Below are positions 36,448 through 44,882 of a stretch of DNA of 58,027 nucleotides, piece after piece. The notes beneath the pieces were generated by a model. That model did not search any database. It was not told the origin of the DNA and was given only the letters and a program-made list of their open reading frames with translations. The stretch is from a virus (lineage: Duplodnaviria > Caudoviricetes). Position numbers and translations under genes: made by a program. The number at the start of each line of letters is the position of its first letter. Within the stretch, counting starts at the first letter, position 1. The stretch covers positions 1 through 58,027 of the IMG/VR virus record IMGVR_UViG_3300033168_000202. The stretch is one strand, 5' to 3'.

Positions 36448-39400
36448 CGACACCGGGGATTGGTACCGGCGGCACCGCCGGCGCAGCGGTGTTCACGGCA
36501 GCTGCAAACTTCGCTCCGCTGATCGCCGAGTCCCGTGGTGCCGCCGAGTCCCTGACCGGGCTGCGTGGCGGGCTGCGGGAAACGTCGGTCGCGCTCGACC
36601 AGACCGAGAAGGCCGCGACGACCGTCGGCCGGACCATGGCCGGCCTGCGGACCGCAACGGCGGAGACCGCAGCCGGGAACAGCCGTCTAGCCACGTCGAG
36701 CCTTGAGGTCGCCGGCGCATTGGACAAGGTCGCGGCAGCGGCGGCGAAGTACGGCGACGCCCTCGCCTTGATCCGCCGTGCCCAGTCCGAGGCCGGCGCG
36801 GGTACGGACCGGCTGGTAAGCCAGAACGCGCAACTCGACCGCTCTCTCAGCGCGATCGGCAAGTCGGGTGTGGCGGCCCGCGACGGGCTGGTGCAAGTCG
36901 AGGGGTCGGCGAACAGTGCCCGTGAGGCGATGGCCGTTGTCGGTGCGCAGGCCGACCGGACCGCTGCCCAGCTCCGCGCTGTCGGGACTGCGGCGGCAGA
37001 GGAAAGCCGGGGCGTCGCAGCGATGGGTGCCGGGAACCAAGCCGCTCAACGGGAGCTGGCCGCGACCGGCGCTGCGTCGACCACTATGGGCCGGGACGTT
37101 GCCGCAGGGTCGGCAGTGGCGGGATCGGGGGTCCGCACGACGGGCGCGGCTGCCGCAGAGGCTGAGAGCAAGGCCACGAGCCTAGGCAGCAAGTTCAGCC
37201 AGGTCGGGAAAGGCATGTCTGACACAGGCGGGATGCTGATCTCCAAGGTTCAGAACCCGCTACTCGCGACGGGCGCGGCCGCCTACGTGACCATCAAGGC
37301 GTACTCCAGCTACCAGACGGCGCTGACCCAGCTCGGGACCGAAGCGGGGATGACGCAGGGTGAGATCAAGCAGGTCGGCGACCAGTTCCTGACGATGGGT
37401 AGCCAGACGGGTCAGTCGGCTGATGTTCTCGCCAAGTCGTTCTTCAGCATCCAGTCCGCGATGGGTGCCACTCTCGACCCGGCGACGCGGGTTCAGACCG
37501 AGATGGACGTGCTCAGCGCGGCCGCGAAGGGCGCGGCGATCGACAACAGCAGCATGGCTGACACGACCAACGCCCTCGTCGGCGTGATGACGTCGAACCT
37601 CATCCCCGGCGCCAACAACGCGGGCGACGCCATGAGCAAGATGATCGCCGTCGTCGGCACCGGCAACGCGCACCTCATCGACTTCGTACATGCACTGAAG
37701 TCGGGGCTTACGCCTGAAATGGCAACCCTGGGGGTGTCGTTCGCGGACGCCGGCGCGATCATGGCCCGCTGGGCCGACCTCGGCACGCCGATGGAGATGA
37801 CGGGCAACCGGCTGAAGACGATGGTCGGGCAGCTCGTGAAGCCATCCAAGGAGGGGGCGGCGGCCCTCAACGGCATCGGGATGAGCGGCACCCAGCTAGC
37901 GGAGGACATTCACAGTCACGGGCTGCTGTTCGCCTTGCAGGACTTGCGGACCAACCTGGACAAGACGTTCCCGACCGGGTCGGGGCATGCGATCTCCTTC
38001 GCGGAGCAGCAGAAGGCGCTTACCGACTTTGACCAGGCTTTGAAAGACACAAACGTCACGGGTCAGGCCGCCGCTGACAGCCGCAAGAAGTTTGTCGCCG
38101 AACTCGACAAGTCAGGCTCGGCGGCCGTTATGAGAGAGCAGGCGCTGCTTGCCATCGGCGGCAAGAGTCGCGGCGGCGCATTCCTCGTCGGTACCGTCAA
38201 CCAGCTCGACGCCGAGCAGACCAAAGCCGACCTGATCAACAAGTCGGGGCCGCAGGTCCTCGACGAGGCGATGGCGAAGCGGGCGCAGGACGTCGGGCAG
38301 AAGTTCAAGGACGCTAAAGCCGAGATGCACAACGCGGCGATCGTCATCGGCGCCGACCTGGCACCGGCGTTCACCAAGCTGGCGGCAATCCTCGACAAGA
38401 CGGCCCAGTTCCTTTCCCGCCATCCGGCGCTGGTCAAGGCGCTTGCTTATGCCCTCGGGGCCACCCTTGTCGCCGCGGTCGTGGGTGGGGCGCTGGGAGC
38501 GTTCCTCAAATTCGGCGCCGGCATCTTCAAAGTCGGCGAGCTGGCGGGGAAGACCATCGGGACGATCGGCAGGCTGGCAGCCAGGATGGCTGGTCTGTCA
38601 CGGCTGAAGAACGGTATCGGCCTGCTCGAAGAAACCGGCAAGGTCAGCAAGGGGCAGTCGGCGTTCGACCGGGCGATGGCCGAAACCGGCGGGGTGAGCA
38701 AGAAGGAAGTCCAGGTTTCAGAGAAGGGCGCCGGCGCGGTCGAGGGCAAGCTGGCCCGCCTCGGCCGGCTGGTCGCGAGGCCGTTCAAGGCCGTCTGGAA
38801 CTTCGCCTCCAGCGGCGCGTCTGCAGTCGAGGGCGCCGTCGTCAAGCTCGCGAAGCTTGTCGCCCGGCCGTTCATCGCGGTCTACCGGATGCTGATGGCC
38901 GGCGCGGATGCGGTCGCGAGCGGCATCGCCCGCCTCGGCGGCTTGGCCGCTAAGGGCGGCAGGGCGGTGTTCCGGGCGTCGCTGACCGGTGCAGAGGCCG
39001 TCGGGTCGGGCCTCAAAAGGATCGGCTCCGCAGCACTGGACGCCGGGAAGGCGGGAGCCAAAGCTGCCCTCGATCTCGGCAAGCTGGCTGCGGGCGGGAT
39101 CGCGGCAGGGATCGGGAAGCTGGGTACCGCCTTCATGGCGTTCGGCCGGTCTGCGGTCGGCGCGATCCGGGCGGTGGGCGCGGCGATGCTCGCCAACCCG
39201 TGGATCCTCGTGCTGATGGCCGTCATTGCTGTGATCATCCTCGTGATCACGCACTGGAAGCAGTTCAAGGAAGCCGTTGTAGCGGTCTGGCACTTCCTGC
39301 TCGACGCGGCGAAGACCGTGTGGAAGGCCATCACCGACGCGGTCAGCGCCGCTGTGTCATGGGTCGTCGATTTCGTGAAGAAGCACTGGGACCTGCTGCT

Positions 39401-41021
39401 GGGCATCGTCATGGGACCGCTGGGGCTGATCCTCGGCTTCGTCATCAAGCACTGGGATGACATCAAGCGGATCGTCGGCGACGCTATCGCCTGGGTCGGT
39501 AACAAACTGCAGCAGGGCTGGGACGCGATCAAGAACGCGGTGAGCGCCGCCTGGAATGCTGTCGGGGACTTTATCCGCGGCGCGTGGGACAAGATCAAGC
39601 AGATTGTGTCCGACGCGCTCAATGCGGTGGGGAACTTTCTCAGCACACGGCTGGACAACATAAAGCAGAACTTCAGCAACGCCTGGGACGGTTTCCGTAA
39701 CATTGTCAGCGACGTGTGGAACGCGATCACCGGCGCCGTCAGTGGCGCCGTAAACTCGGTGATCGGGTTTATCGACAATGTGATCGGCAAGATTCAGGGG
39801 GCCATCAACTGGGTGGGGAACCTCGCCAGCAAGATCGGTAGCCTGCCCGGCAAGGCACTCTCGTTCATTGGCCTCGCCGCCGGCGGACCCGTGCCCGGCT
39901 CGGGCGTCGGGGACACCACGCCGGCCATGCTTACCCCCGGCGAGCATGTCCTGACCACCTCCGACGTACACAACCTCGGCGGCCATGCGGGGGTGATGGC
40001 GCTGCGGACCGCCGTGTCCGGTGGGGCCGCAGCCCACGGCGACGGCCGGGGTGGGTTCGCGACCGGTGGCACGCTGGGGGGGATCAACAGCCAGATCGGG
40101 TCGGTACTGGCGCAGATCAAGATCGCCGAGCTACGTGGCGGGGTGACCGACCGGCTACGCGCCGAGCTGTCGGCGTTGCTGGCCGAGCGGAACACGGTGA
40201 GCGGCAGCGGCCACGCAGGGCGCCACAGCACCGGGCATCACCGTGTGGCCGGTGCGGCCCACCACCCGGCCCACCACCCGGCCCACCACCCGGGCCACCA
40301 CCCGGCCGCACACCACCCTGGGACGGCTACACACCACCGGGGAACCGCAGCCCATCACAAGGCGGTCGCAGCCCACCACAAGGCCGTCACGGGCCATCTG
40401 CGGGCCATCCGCACCCACACGAGCACGACCGCGAAGCACACCGGCAAGACGGGAGCGAACCCGGCGCTGCTCGGCTACCTCGAGGCGACCGCGCAGGCCA
40501 ACATGCGCCAGCTCGGCTACGCCGGCTACGCCGACGCGCAGCGCGGCCTCGGGCTGAAGGTCACCGGGTCGGACAACTCGGCGACGTGGCAGGCACTCAA
40601 GCGCGCCGCGTCCGGCCAGGGAGCCGGCGGCAGCGGCGGCGGCGGTAGCAGTTCGGGGATGTCAACGACGGACAACCTGCTGACCCGGATCGCGACCTAC
40701 TGCCAGGCGATCGTCACCGCCATGCACATGCACGGCGCCGCACAGAACCTGCTAGCCGGCACCACCCCCCTCGGCGGGCAGACCATCGGCTCCGGCGGTG
40801 GGATCGCCAACTACGGGGTGCAGGCCCTCGGCGTGTCGCCGTGGATGGGCGGCTCCGGGCTCGCCGCGTTCGCCCACTCCGGGACCACCATCACCGGGCC
40901 CGTCACATCCACCATCAACGTCACGACCAACGTCAACAACCCGGTGCCGCAGACCGCTGCGGAGACGAACGCGGCGACGATGCAGCGCATCGCAGCCCTC
41001 GGCCTGATCCCCGGAGCCTGA
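36444..41021 (+). CDS. Tape measure protein
   Basis: 1525 aa, Ala/Gly-rich, 11-aa Trp/Phe periodicity, GGPVPGSG..AMLTPGEHV motif. Confidence 0.95.
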   Translation: MTTPGIGTGGTAGAAVFTAAANFAPLIAESRGAAESLTGLRGGLRETSVALDQTEKAATTVGRTMAGLRTATAETAAGNSRLATSSLEVAGALDKVAAAAAKYGDALALIRRAQSEAGAGTDRLVSQNAQLDRSLSAIGKSGVAARDGLVQVEGSANSAREAMAVVGAQADRTAAQLRAVGTAAAEESRGVAAMGAGNQAAQRELAATGAASTTMGRDVAAGSAVAGSGVRTTGAAAAEAESKATSLGSKFSQVGKGMSDTGGMLISKVQNPLLATGAAAYVTIKAYSSYQTALTQLGTEAGMTQGEIKQVGDQFLTMGSQTGQSADVLAKSFFSIQSAMGATLDPATRVQTEMDVLSAAAKGAAIDNSSMADTTNALVGVMTSNLIPGANNAGDAMSKMIAVVGTGNAHLIDFVHALKSGLTPEMATLGVSFADAGAIMARWADLGTPMEMTGNRLKTMVGQLVKPSKEGAAALNGIGMSGTQLAEDIHSHGLLFALQDLRTNLDKTFPTGSGHAISFAEQQKALTDFDQALKDTNVTGQAAADSRKKFVAELDKSGSAAVMREQALLAIGGKSRGGAFLVGTVNQLDAEQTKADLINKSGPQVLDEAMAKRAQDVGQKFKDAKAEMHNAAIVIGADLAPAFTKLAAILDKTAQFLSRHPALVKALAYALGATLVAAVVGGALGAFLKFGAGIFKVGELAGKTIGTIGRLAARMAGLSRLKNGIGLLEETGKVSKGQSAFDRAMAETGGVSKKEVQVSEKGAGAVEGKLARLGRLVARPFKAVWNFASSGASAVEGAVVKLAKLVARPFIAVYRMLMAGADAVASGIARLGGLAAKGGRAVFRASLTGAEAVGSGLKRIGSAALDAGKAGAKAALDLGKLAAGGIAAGIGKLGTAFMAFGRSAVGAIRAVGAAMLANPWILVLMAVIAVIILVITHWKQFKEAVVAVWHFLLDAAKTVWKAITDAVSAAVSWVVDFVKKHWDLLLGIVMGPLGLILGFVIKHWDDIKRIVGDAIAWVGNKLQQGWDAIKNAVSAAWNAVGDFIRGAWDKIKQIVSDALNAVGNFLSTRLDNIKQNFSNAWDGFRNIVSDVWNAITGAVSGAVNSVIGFIDNVIGKIQGAINWVGNLASKIGSLPGKALSFIGLAAGGPVPGSGVGDTTPAMLTPGEHVLTTSDVHNLGGHAGVMALRTAVSGGAAAHGDGRGGFATGGTLGGINSQIGSVLAQIKIAELRGGVTDRLRAELSALLAERNTVSGSGHAGRHSTGHHRVAGAAHHPAHHPAHHPGHHPAAHHPGTATHHRGTAAHHKAVAAHHKAVTGHLRAIRTHTSTTAKHTGKTGANPALLGYLEATAQANMRQLGYAGYADAQRGLGLKVTGSDNSATWQALKRAASGQGAGGSGGGGSSSGMSTTDNLLTRIATYCQAIVTAMHMHGAAQNLLAGTTPLGGQTIGSGGGIANYGVQALGVSPWMGGSGLAAFAHSGTTITGPVTSTINVTTNVNNPVPQTAAETNAATMQRIAALGLIPGA

Positions 41022-41022
41022 C

Positions 41023-41880
41023 ATGGCAGCACCCACCGTCACCACCGACGAGCTGTTCACCGCCGACGGGGTCGCGCTCAACACCTACGCCTGGAATGTG
41101 ACCAACCGGGGCGGGCGCTGGTCGCTACCCGCCATCCGAACCGGCAACAACAAGTCCGGCGGCAGGCACGGCTACATCTGGACCGCCCGCAAGGTCCACG
41201 ACGCCGGGGCGATCGTCCTGTCGATGTGGGTGCAGGGCTCCAACCCCGACGGCAGCATGCCCGCCGACCTGAACATGCGCCGCCAGGTGAGGGCCAACGC
41301 CGACGCCCTCGCCCGCACCTTCGCGAAGCGGTACAGCCTGATCCACCTGGTGCAGACCGAGGCGGACGGGTCGCAGCGGGAGTGCTACGCCGAAGTCATC
41401 GCCGGGGTCAACTTCACGACGATGGGGCTGGGCGCACGGGCCGAGTTCGCCGTCGAGCTGGTCATCCCCGCCGTGTTCTGGCAGGACGTGGCGCAGGTGA
41501 CCGAATCGTTCCCGGTGCCGGCGTCGGGGACGATCCTCACCCTCGACGCGTTCGCCGCTGCGACGGCACCGCTCGAGGACTTGCTGTTCACGCTGAACGG
41601 GCCGGGGGCGTCGCCTCAGCTGACCGACCCAGCGTCGGGGGCGACGGTGCAGTACGGCGGCACGCTGGCCGCGGGGCAGGCGTGGACTGTCGACTCCGGG
41701 TCGTGGCTGTCGTCGGTGTCCGGGTCGAACGTGATCGGCCAGACAGTGCATTCGGGGGCGGACAGGTTGCTGCCGCTCGCACCGCAGGTCGGTGGCCCCC
41801 AGGTGCAGGTGTCGGGCTCGGGTTTCACGGGGGCGACGTCGCTGACTGTCGCGGGGCGCCGCAAGTACTACGGGGCCTGA
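41023..41880 (+). CDS. Distal tail (baseplate hub) protein
   Basis: Immediately after tape measure; size and beta-rich content. Confidence 0.75.
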   Translation: MAAPTVTTDELFTADGVALNTYAWNVTNRGGRWSLPAIRTGNNKSGGRHGYIWTARKVHDAGAIVLSMWVQGSNPDGSMPADLNMRRQVRANADALARTFAKRYSLIHLVQTEADGSQRECYAEVIAGVNFTTMGLGARAEFAVELVIPAVFWQDVAQVTESFPVPASGTILTLDAFAAATAPLEDLLFTLNGPGASPQLTDPASGATVQYGGTLAAGQAWTVDSGSWLSSVSGSNVIGQTVHSGADRLLPLAPQVGGPQVQVSGSGFTGATSLTVAGRRKYYGA

Positions 41881-41881
41881 G

Positions 41882-41935
41882 GTAAGACGCCTCGCCGTTG
41901 GCATGGCTGCCCGGCAGGCTTCGGCTTCCTAGCGT
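41882..41935 (+). promoter_or_regulatory. Late promoter D
   Basis: GTAAGAC at 41882, TAGCGT at 41930. Confidence 0.75.
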
Positions 41936-41965
41936 TCTCGCTGACGCCCAAGCGAGGAGAACGCC

Positions 41966-42196
41966 ATGGCAGCCCCCCCGATCCAGGTCCCCGACGGCAA
42001 GCACGTCGTCATCACCGGGCCGGTGTCCGGCAGCGTCGAGGTCGACGGCCGGTCCTACGACGTGAGTCCGCCGCACGTCTTCGTCGACAGCCATGAGGAA
42101 GCCCTCGCCGTCGCCGCTGCCACCTCCGACCTGCACCGCGACCAGTTCCCCGGCCACTACGCCGCCCCTGCCGCCGACCAGCCTGCGGAGGTCTGA
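41966..42196 (+). CDS. Small hypothetical tail-region protein
   Basis: GAGGAG RBS. Confidence 0.7.
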   Translation: MAAPPIQVPDGKHVVITGPVSGSVEVDGRSYDVSPPHVFVDSHEEALAVAAATSDLHRDQFPGHYAAPAADQPAEV

Positions 42197-42198
42197 GC

Positions 42199-42585
42199 AT
42201 GGCCGCCCTTGCCGTTGCTGAGGCGAACCGCGTACTCGGCGCCATGTTCTCCGGGACGCCGTACACCGCCCCGGCGGCGCACAGCCTGAGCCTGCACACC
42301 GCCGACCCCGGCACGTCGGACACCCCGACGTCTGAGGTGTCGACTGGTGGCTACGCCCGGCAGTCGATCGTGTTCGGCACCCCGTCCGCCGGGTCGGTCG
42401 CGAACACAAACGTGATCACTTTCCCGAACCTGCCGGCGACGACCAGCGCCTACTTGGTCGGCTGGAACGCCGCCGCCGGTTCCGGTACCCCGCAGATGAA
42501 GGGCCCACTGTCGCCGTCGGTCACCACGTCGGCGGGGCAGTCGATCACCTTCGCGGCGGGCGCCGCCTCGGCGTCAGACGTCTAG
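42199..42585 (+). CDS. Minor tail/fibre-associated protein
   Basis: LSLHTADPG..EVSTGGYARQSI motif. Confidence 0.75.
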   Translation: MAALAVAEANRVLGAMFSGTPYTAPAAHSLSLHTADPGTSDTPTSEVSTGGYARQSIVFGTPSAGSVANTNVITFPNLPATTSAYLVGWNAAAGSGTPQMKGPLSPSVTTSAGQSITFAAGAASASDV

Positions 42586-42831
42586 ATGACTGATCCGGGG
42601 CTGGTGAACCAGACCGACGGGGCGCAGCGGTCCCCGGTTGTGCTGTCCGATGACGGCCGGCACTACGTGTGCGCCCTCGACCAGGCCGTGATCCCCGACG
42701 GGGCGCATGTGCAGGCCGACTACGATCCGGCCAACCTGCTGGTCGGGGTCCGGGCCGATACCGACCCGGTCGGCCCTGGCGACACCGTCACCCACTCGTG
42801 CGGCACCCTCGCCACGGTTCCGGGAGGCTGA
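42586..42831 (+). CDS. Small hypothetical protein
   Basis: Abuts upstream stop. Confidence 0.6.
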   Translation: MTDPGLVNQTDGAQRSPVVLSDDGRHYVCALDQAVIPDGAHVQADYDPANLLVGVRADTDPVGPGDTVTHSCGTLATVPGG

Positions 42832-42836
42832 GTCCG

Positions 42837-43283
42837 ACGGCTGAGACATTTGAGGTCACCACGGGAACGGTCCAGTTCATCGCGGCAACAGCGAAGACCG
42901 CCGTCGAGCTTGCCGCACCGTCCACTCAGCCATGCCGACTCACCGCCGTGGACGTGTCTTTCGACGGGTCCGCGTCGGGCAACAACGCGAAGGTCGAGCT
43001 GGTCCGCTACACCGCTACCGGGACCGGGACCGTCTACGCCCCGCTCCGCGGCAACGGTGAGGCGCAGAACAAGGCGAGCCTGCTGACTGCGAAGGTCAAC
43101 GACACAGCCGAGCCGGCCGGCGGCACGGTGATCCGTACCTGGTACGTCCCGCTGTCGGGCCTGCTGCCTTACCTGCTCCCCCTCGGCCGTGAGCTGTACG
43201 TCCCGGTGTCGTCGTGGCTCGGGGTGCGTGTCACGAGCCCCGTCGCGATCAACGGTGCGGTCAACCTCGAGTACGAGGAGTAG
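42837..43283 (+). CDS. Beta-rich minor tail protein with non-canonical start (ACG 42837 or CTG 42828)
   Basis: GGAGG at 42823, strong codon bias, no nearby ATG/GTG/TTG. Confidence 0.65.
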   Translation, partial: TAETFEVTTGTVQFIAATAKTAVELAAPSTQPCRLTAVDVSFDGSASGNNAKVELVRYTATGTGTVYAPLRGNGEAQNKASLLTAKVNDTAEPAGGTVIRTWYVPLSGLLPYLLPLGRELYVPVSSWLGVRVTSPVAINGAVNLEYEE

Positions 43284-43289
43284 AGAAGC

Positions 43290-44330
43290 GTGCCCTACGA
43301 CCTGAGCAAGACGACGCTGACCACGATCCTCAACGACATCGACCGGCGGGTCACCGCACTGACGCCGATCTCAGCGGCTGCCCCGGCATCGGTACATCCC
43401 GCGCCGGCGGCCCCTGCTCCCGTGGTCACCCCTGCGCCTGCGTCACCCGCTGCAAGCGCCAAGCCGCTCGTCGGCTGGTCCGGCGCGGCGATCTTCGGTG
43501 TAGTGCCCCACGTCGTCGGCGCGTGGATGAACCGCGCCACCTGGGACGACGTGGCCGGCGCCCGCTGGCTGTCCTACAGCGACCCCCTGAAGGCGTTCGT
43601 CGCCGCTCACCCTGACGGCATCGCCGACGTCGGTGTTCCGCTGATTCCCCACGACTCGCCGCCGGCCGGCTGGAACACGCTGCTCGCCGAAGGCGCCAGC
43701 GGCACCCGCGACGACGCCTACCGCGGCCTCGGTGCGGGTCTCGCCGCAGTCGGCCCGGCCACGGTGTCCGCCCGGCTGTGGTGGGAGTTCAACATCGGCG
43801 GCGACGCGGCCAACATCGACCGTGCCGCGTTCGTGAAGTGCTGGCAGCGCGCCGCCCCGCTCATCCGTGCCGGGTTCGCCGCAGCCGCCCCCACGAAGAA
43901 GCTGCTGCTCACGTGGTGCCCCAACAGCGACGGAGCCCCCATCGAGCCGTTCTGGCCCGGCGCCCAGCACGTAGATGTCGTCGGCCTCGACGCCTACGCC
44001 TCCAAGTGGGGCACCGCCGTCCCGTCGAAGGCTGACGTGCTCGCGCTCGTGCAGTCCCAGCTCGACCGGACCACCGCGTTCGCGAAAAGCGTGGGCAAGC
44101 CGGTCGCGCTCGGCGAGTGGGGCAACATGACCGTCAAGCAGCCGGGACCGGCCGACAGTCAGGGCCTTGGCGACTGTCCCGAATACATCGACCTGATCTT
44201 CGAGTGGGCCACGAAGGTCGGCGCCCTCTACCTGTCCTACTTCAACATCAACGCCGCGGGCGGCATCACCTTCGACCAAACGCCCAACTCGCTCGCCCGG
44301 TTCCAGGCCCGCGCCGCAGCCCTGGCCTAG
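43290..44330 (+). CDS. Glycoside hydrolase family 26-like protein
   Basis: RLWWEFN, WCPN, FWPGAQHVDVVGLDAY, GKPVALGEWG. Confidence 0.88.
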   Translation: MPYDLSKTTLTTILNDIDRRVTALTPISAAAPASVHPAPAAPAPVVTPAPASPAASAKPLVGWSGAAIFGVVPHVVGAWMNRATWDDVAGARWLSYSDPLKAFVAAHPDGIADVGVPLIPHDSPPAGWNTLLAEGASGTRDDAYRGLGAGLAAVGPATVSARLWWEFNIGGDAANIDRAAFVKCWQRAAPLIRAGFAAAAPTKKLLLTWCPNSDGAPIEPFWPGAQHVDVVGLDAYASKWGTAVPSKADVLALVQSQLDRTTAFAKSVGKPVALGEWGNMTVKQPGPADSQGLGDCPEYIDLIFEWATKVGALYLSYFNINAAGGITFDQTPNSLARFQARAAALA

Positions 44331-44369
44331 CCCGGCGTCGAGTTCGAGGAGTAGGACGGGAGAGACGGC

Positions 44370-44882
44370 GTGCCCTTCGGCCCGAACCTGCTGTCCAACC
44401 CAGGTGCCGAGGTCGACGTCTCGGGTTGGACCAGCACCAACTGCACCATCGCTCGGGTCACCACCCCGGTCCACTCCGGCGTGGGGGCGTTCCGGCTCAC
44501 GGCAACAGCCGCAGGTGACATCCACTTGACGTCTGCCGTGAACATCCGTGTGACACCGGGCCAGGCCGTGCAGATCTCGGCATGGGCGCGCACAGCCGCA
44601 ACCGCCCGTTACTGGCAGATACAGATCGACTGGTACGACGCCGCTGTGACGACTTACCTGTCAACGTCGGGCGGCGGCGGTCCCGGCGAGTCGACCGCCT
44701 ACCAGCAGGCCACCGGCATCTACACCGCGCCAGCCAGGGCGGGGGTCGGCATCTTTGGCGTCGTGTGGACCTCAACCGTAGTTGGTGAGATTCACTACAC
44801 CGACGATGTTTTTCTGGGTGTGCAAGTAGCCCCGACCGTCTACGCGTCGCCGGTGCCTGTCCTGACGGCGGCGACTCGGTGA
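44370..44882 (+). CDS. Carbohydrate-binding (CBM4/9-like) domain protein
   Basis: NLLSNPGAEVDVSGW..HSG..YTDDV. Confidence 0.78.
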   Translation: MPFGPNLLSNPGAEVDVSGWTSTNCTIARVTTPVHSGVGAFRLTATAAGDIHLTSAVNIRVTPGQAVQISAWARTAATARYWQIQIDWYDAAVTTYLSTSGGGGPGESTAYQQATGIYTAPARAGVGIFGVVWTSTVVGEIHYTDDVFLGVQVAPTVYASPVPVLTAATR

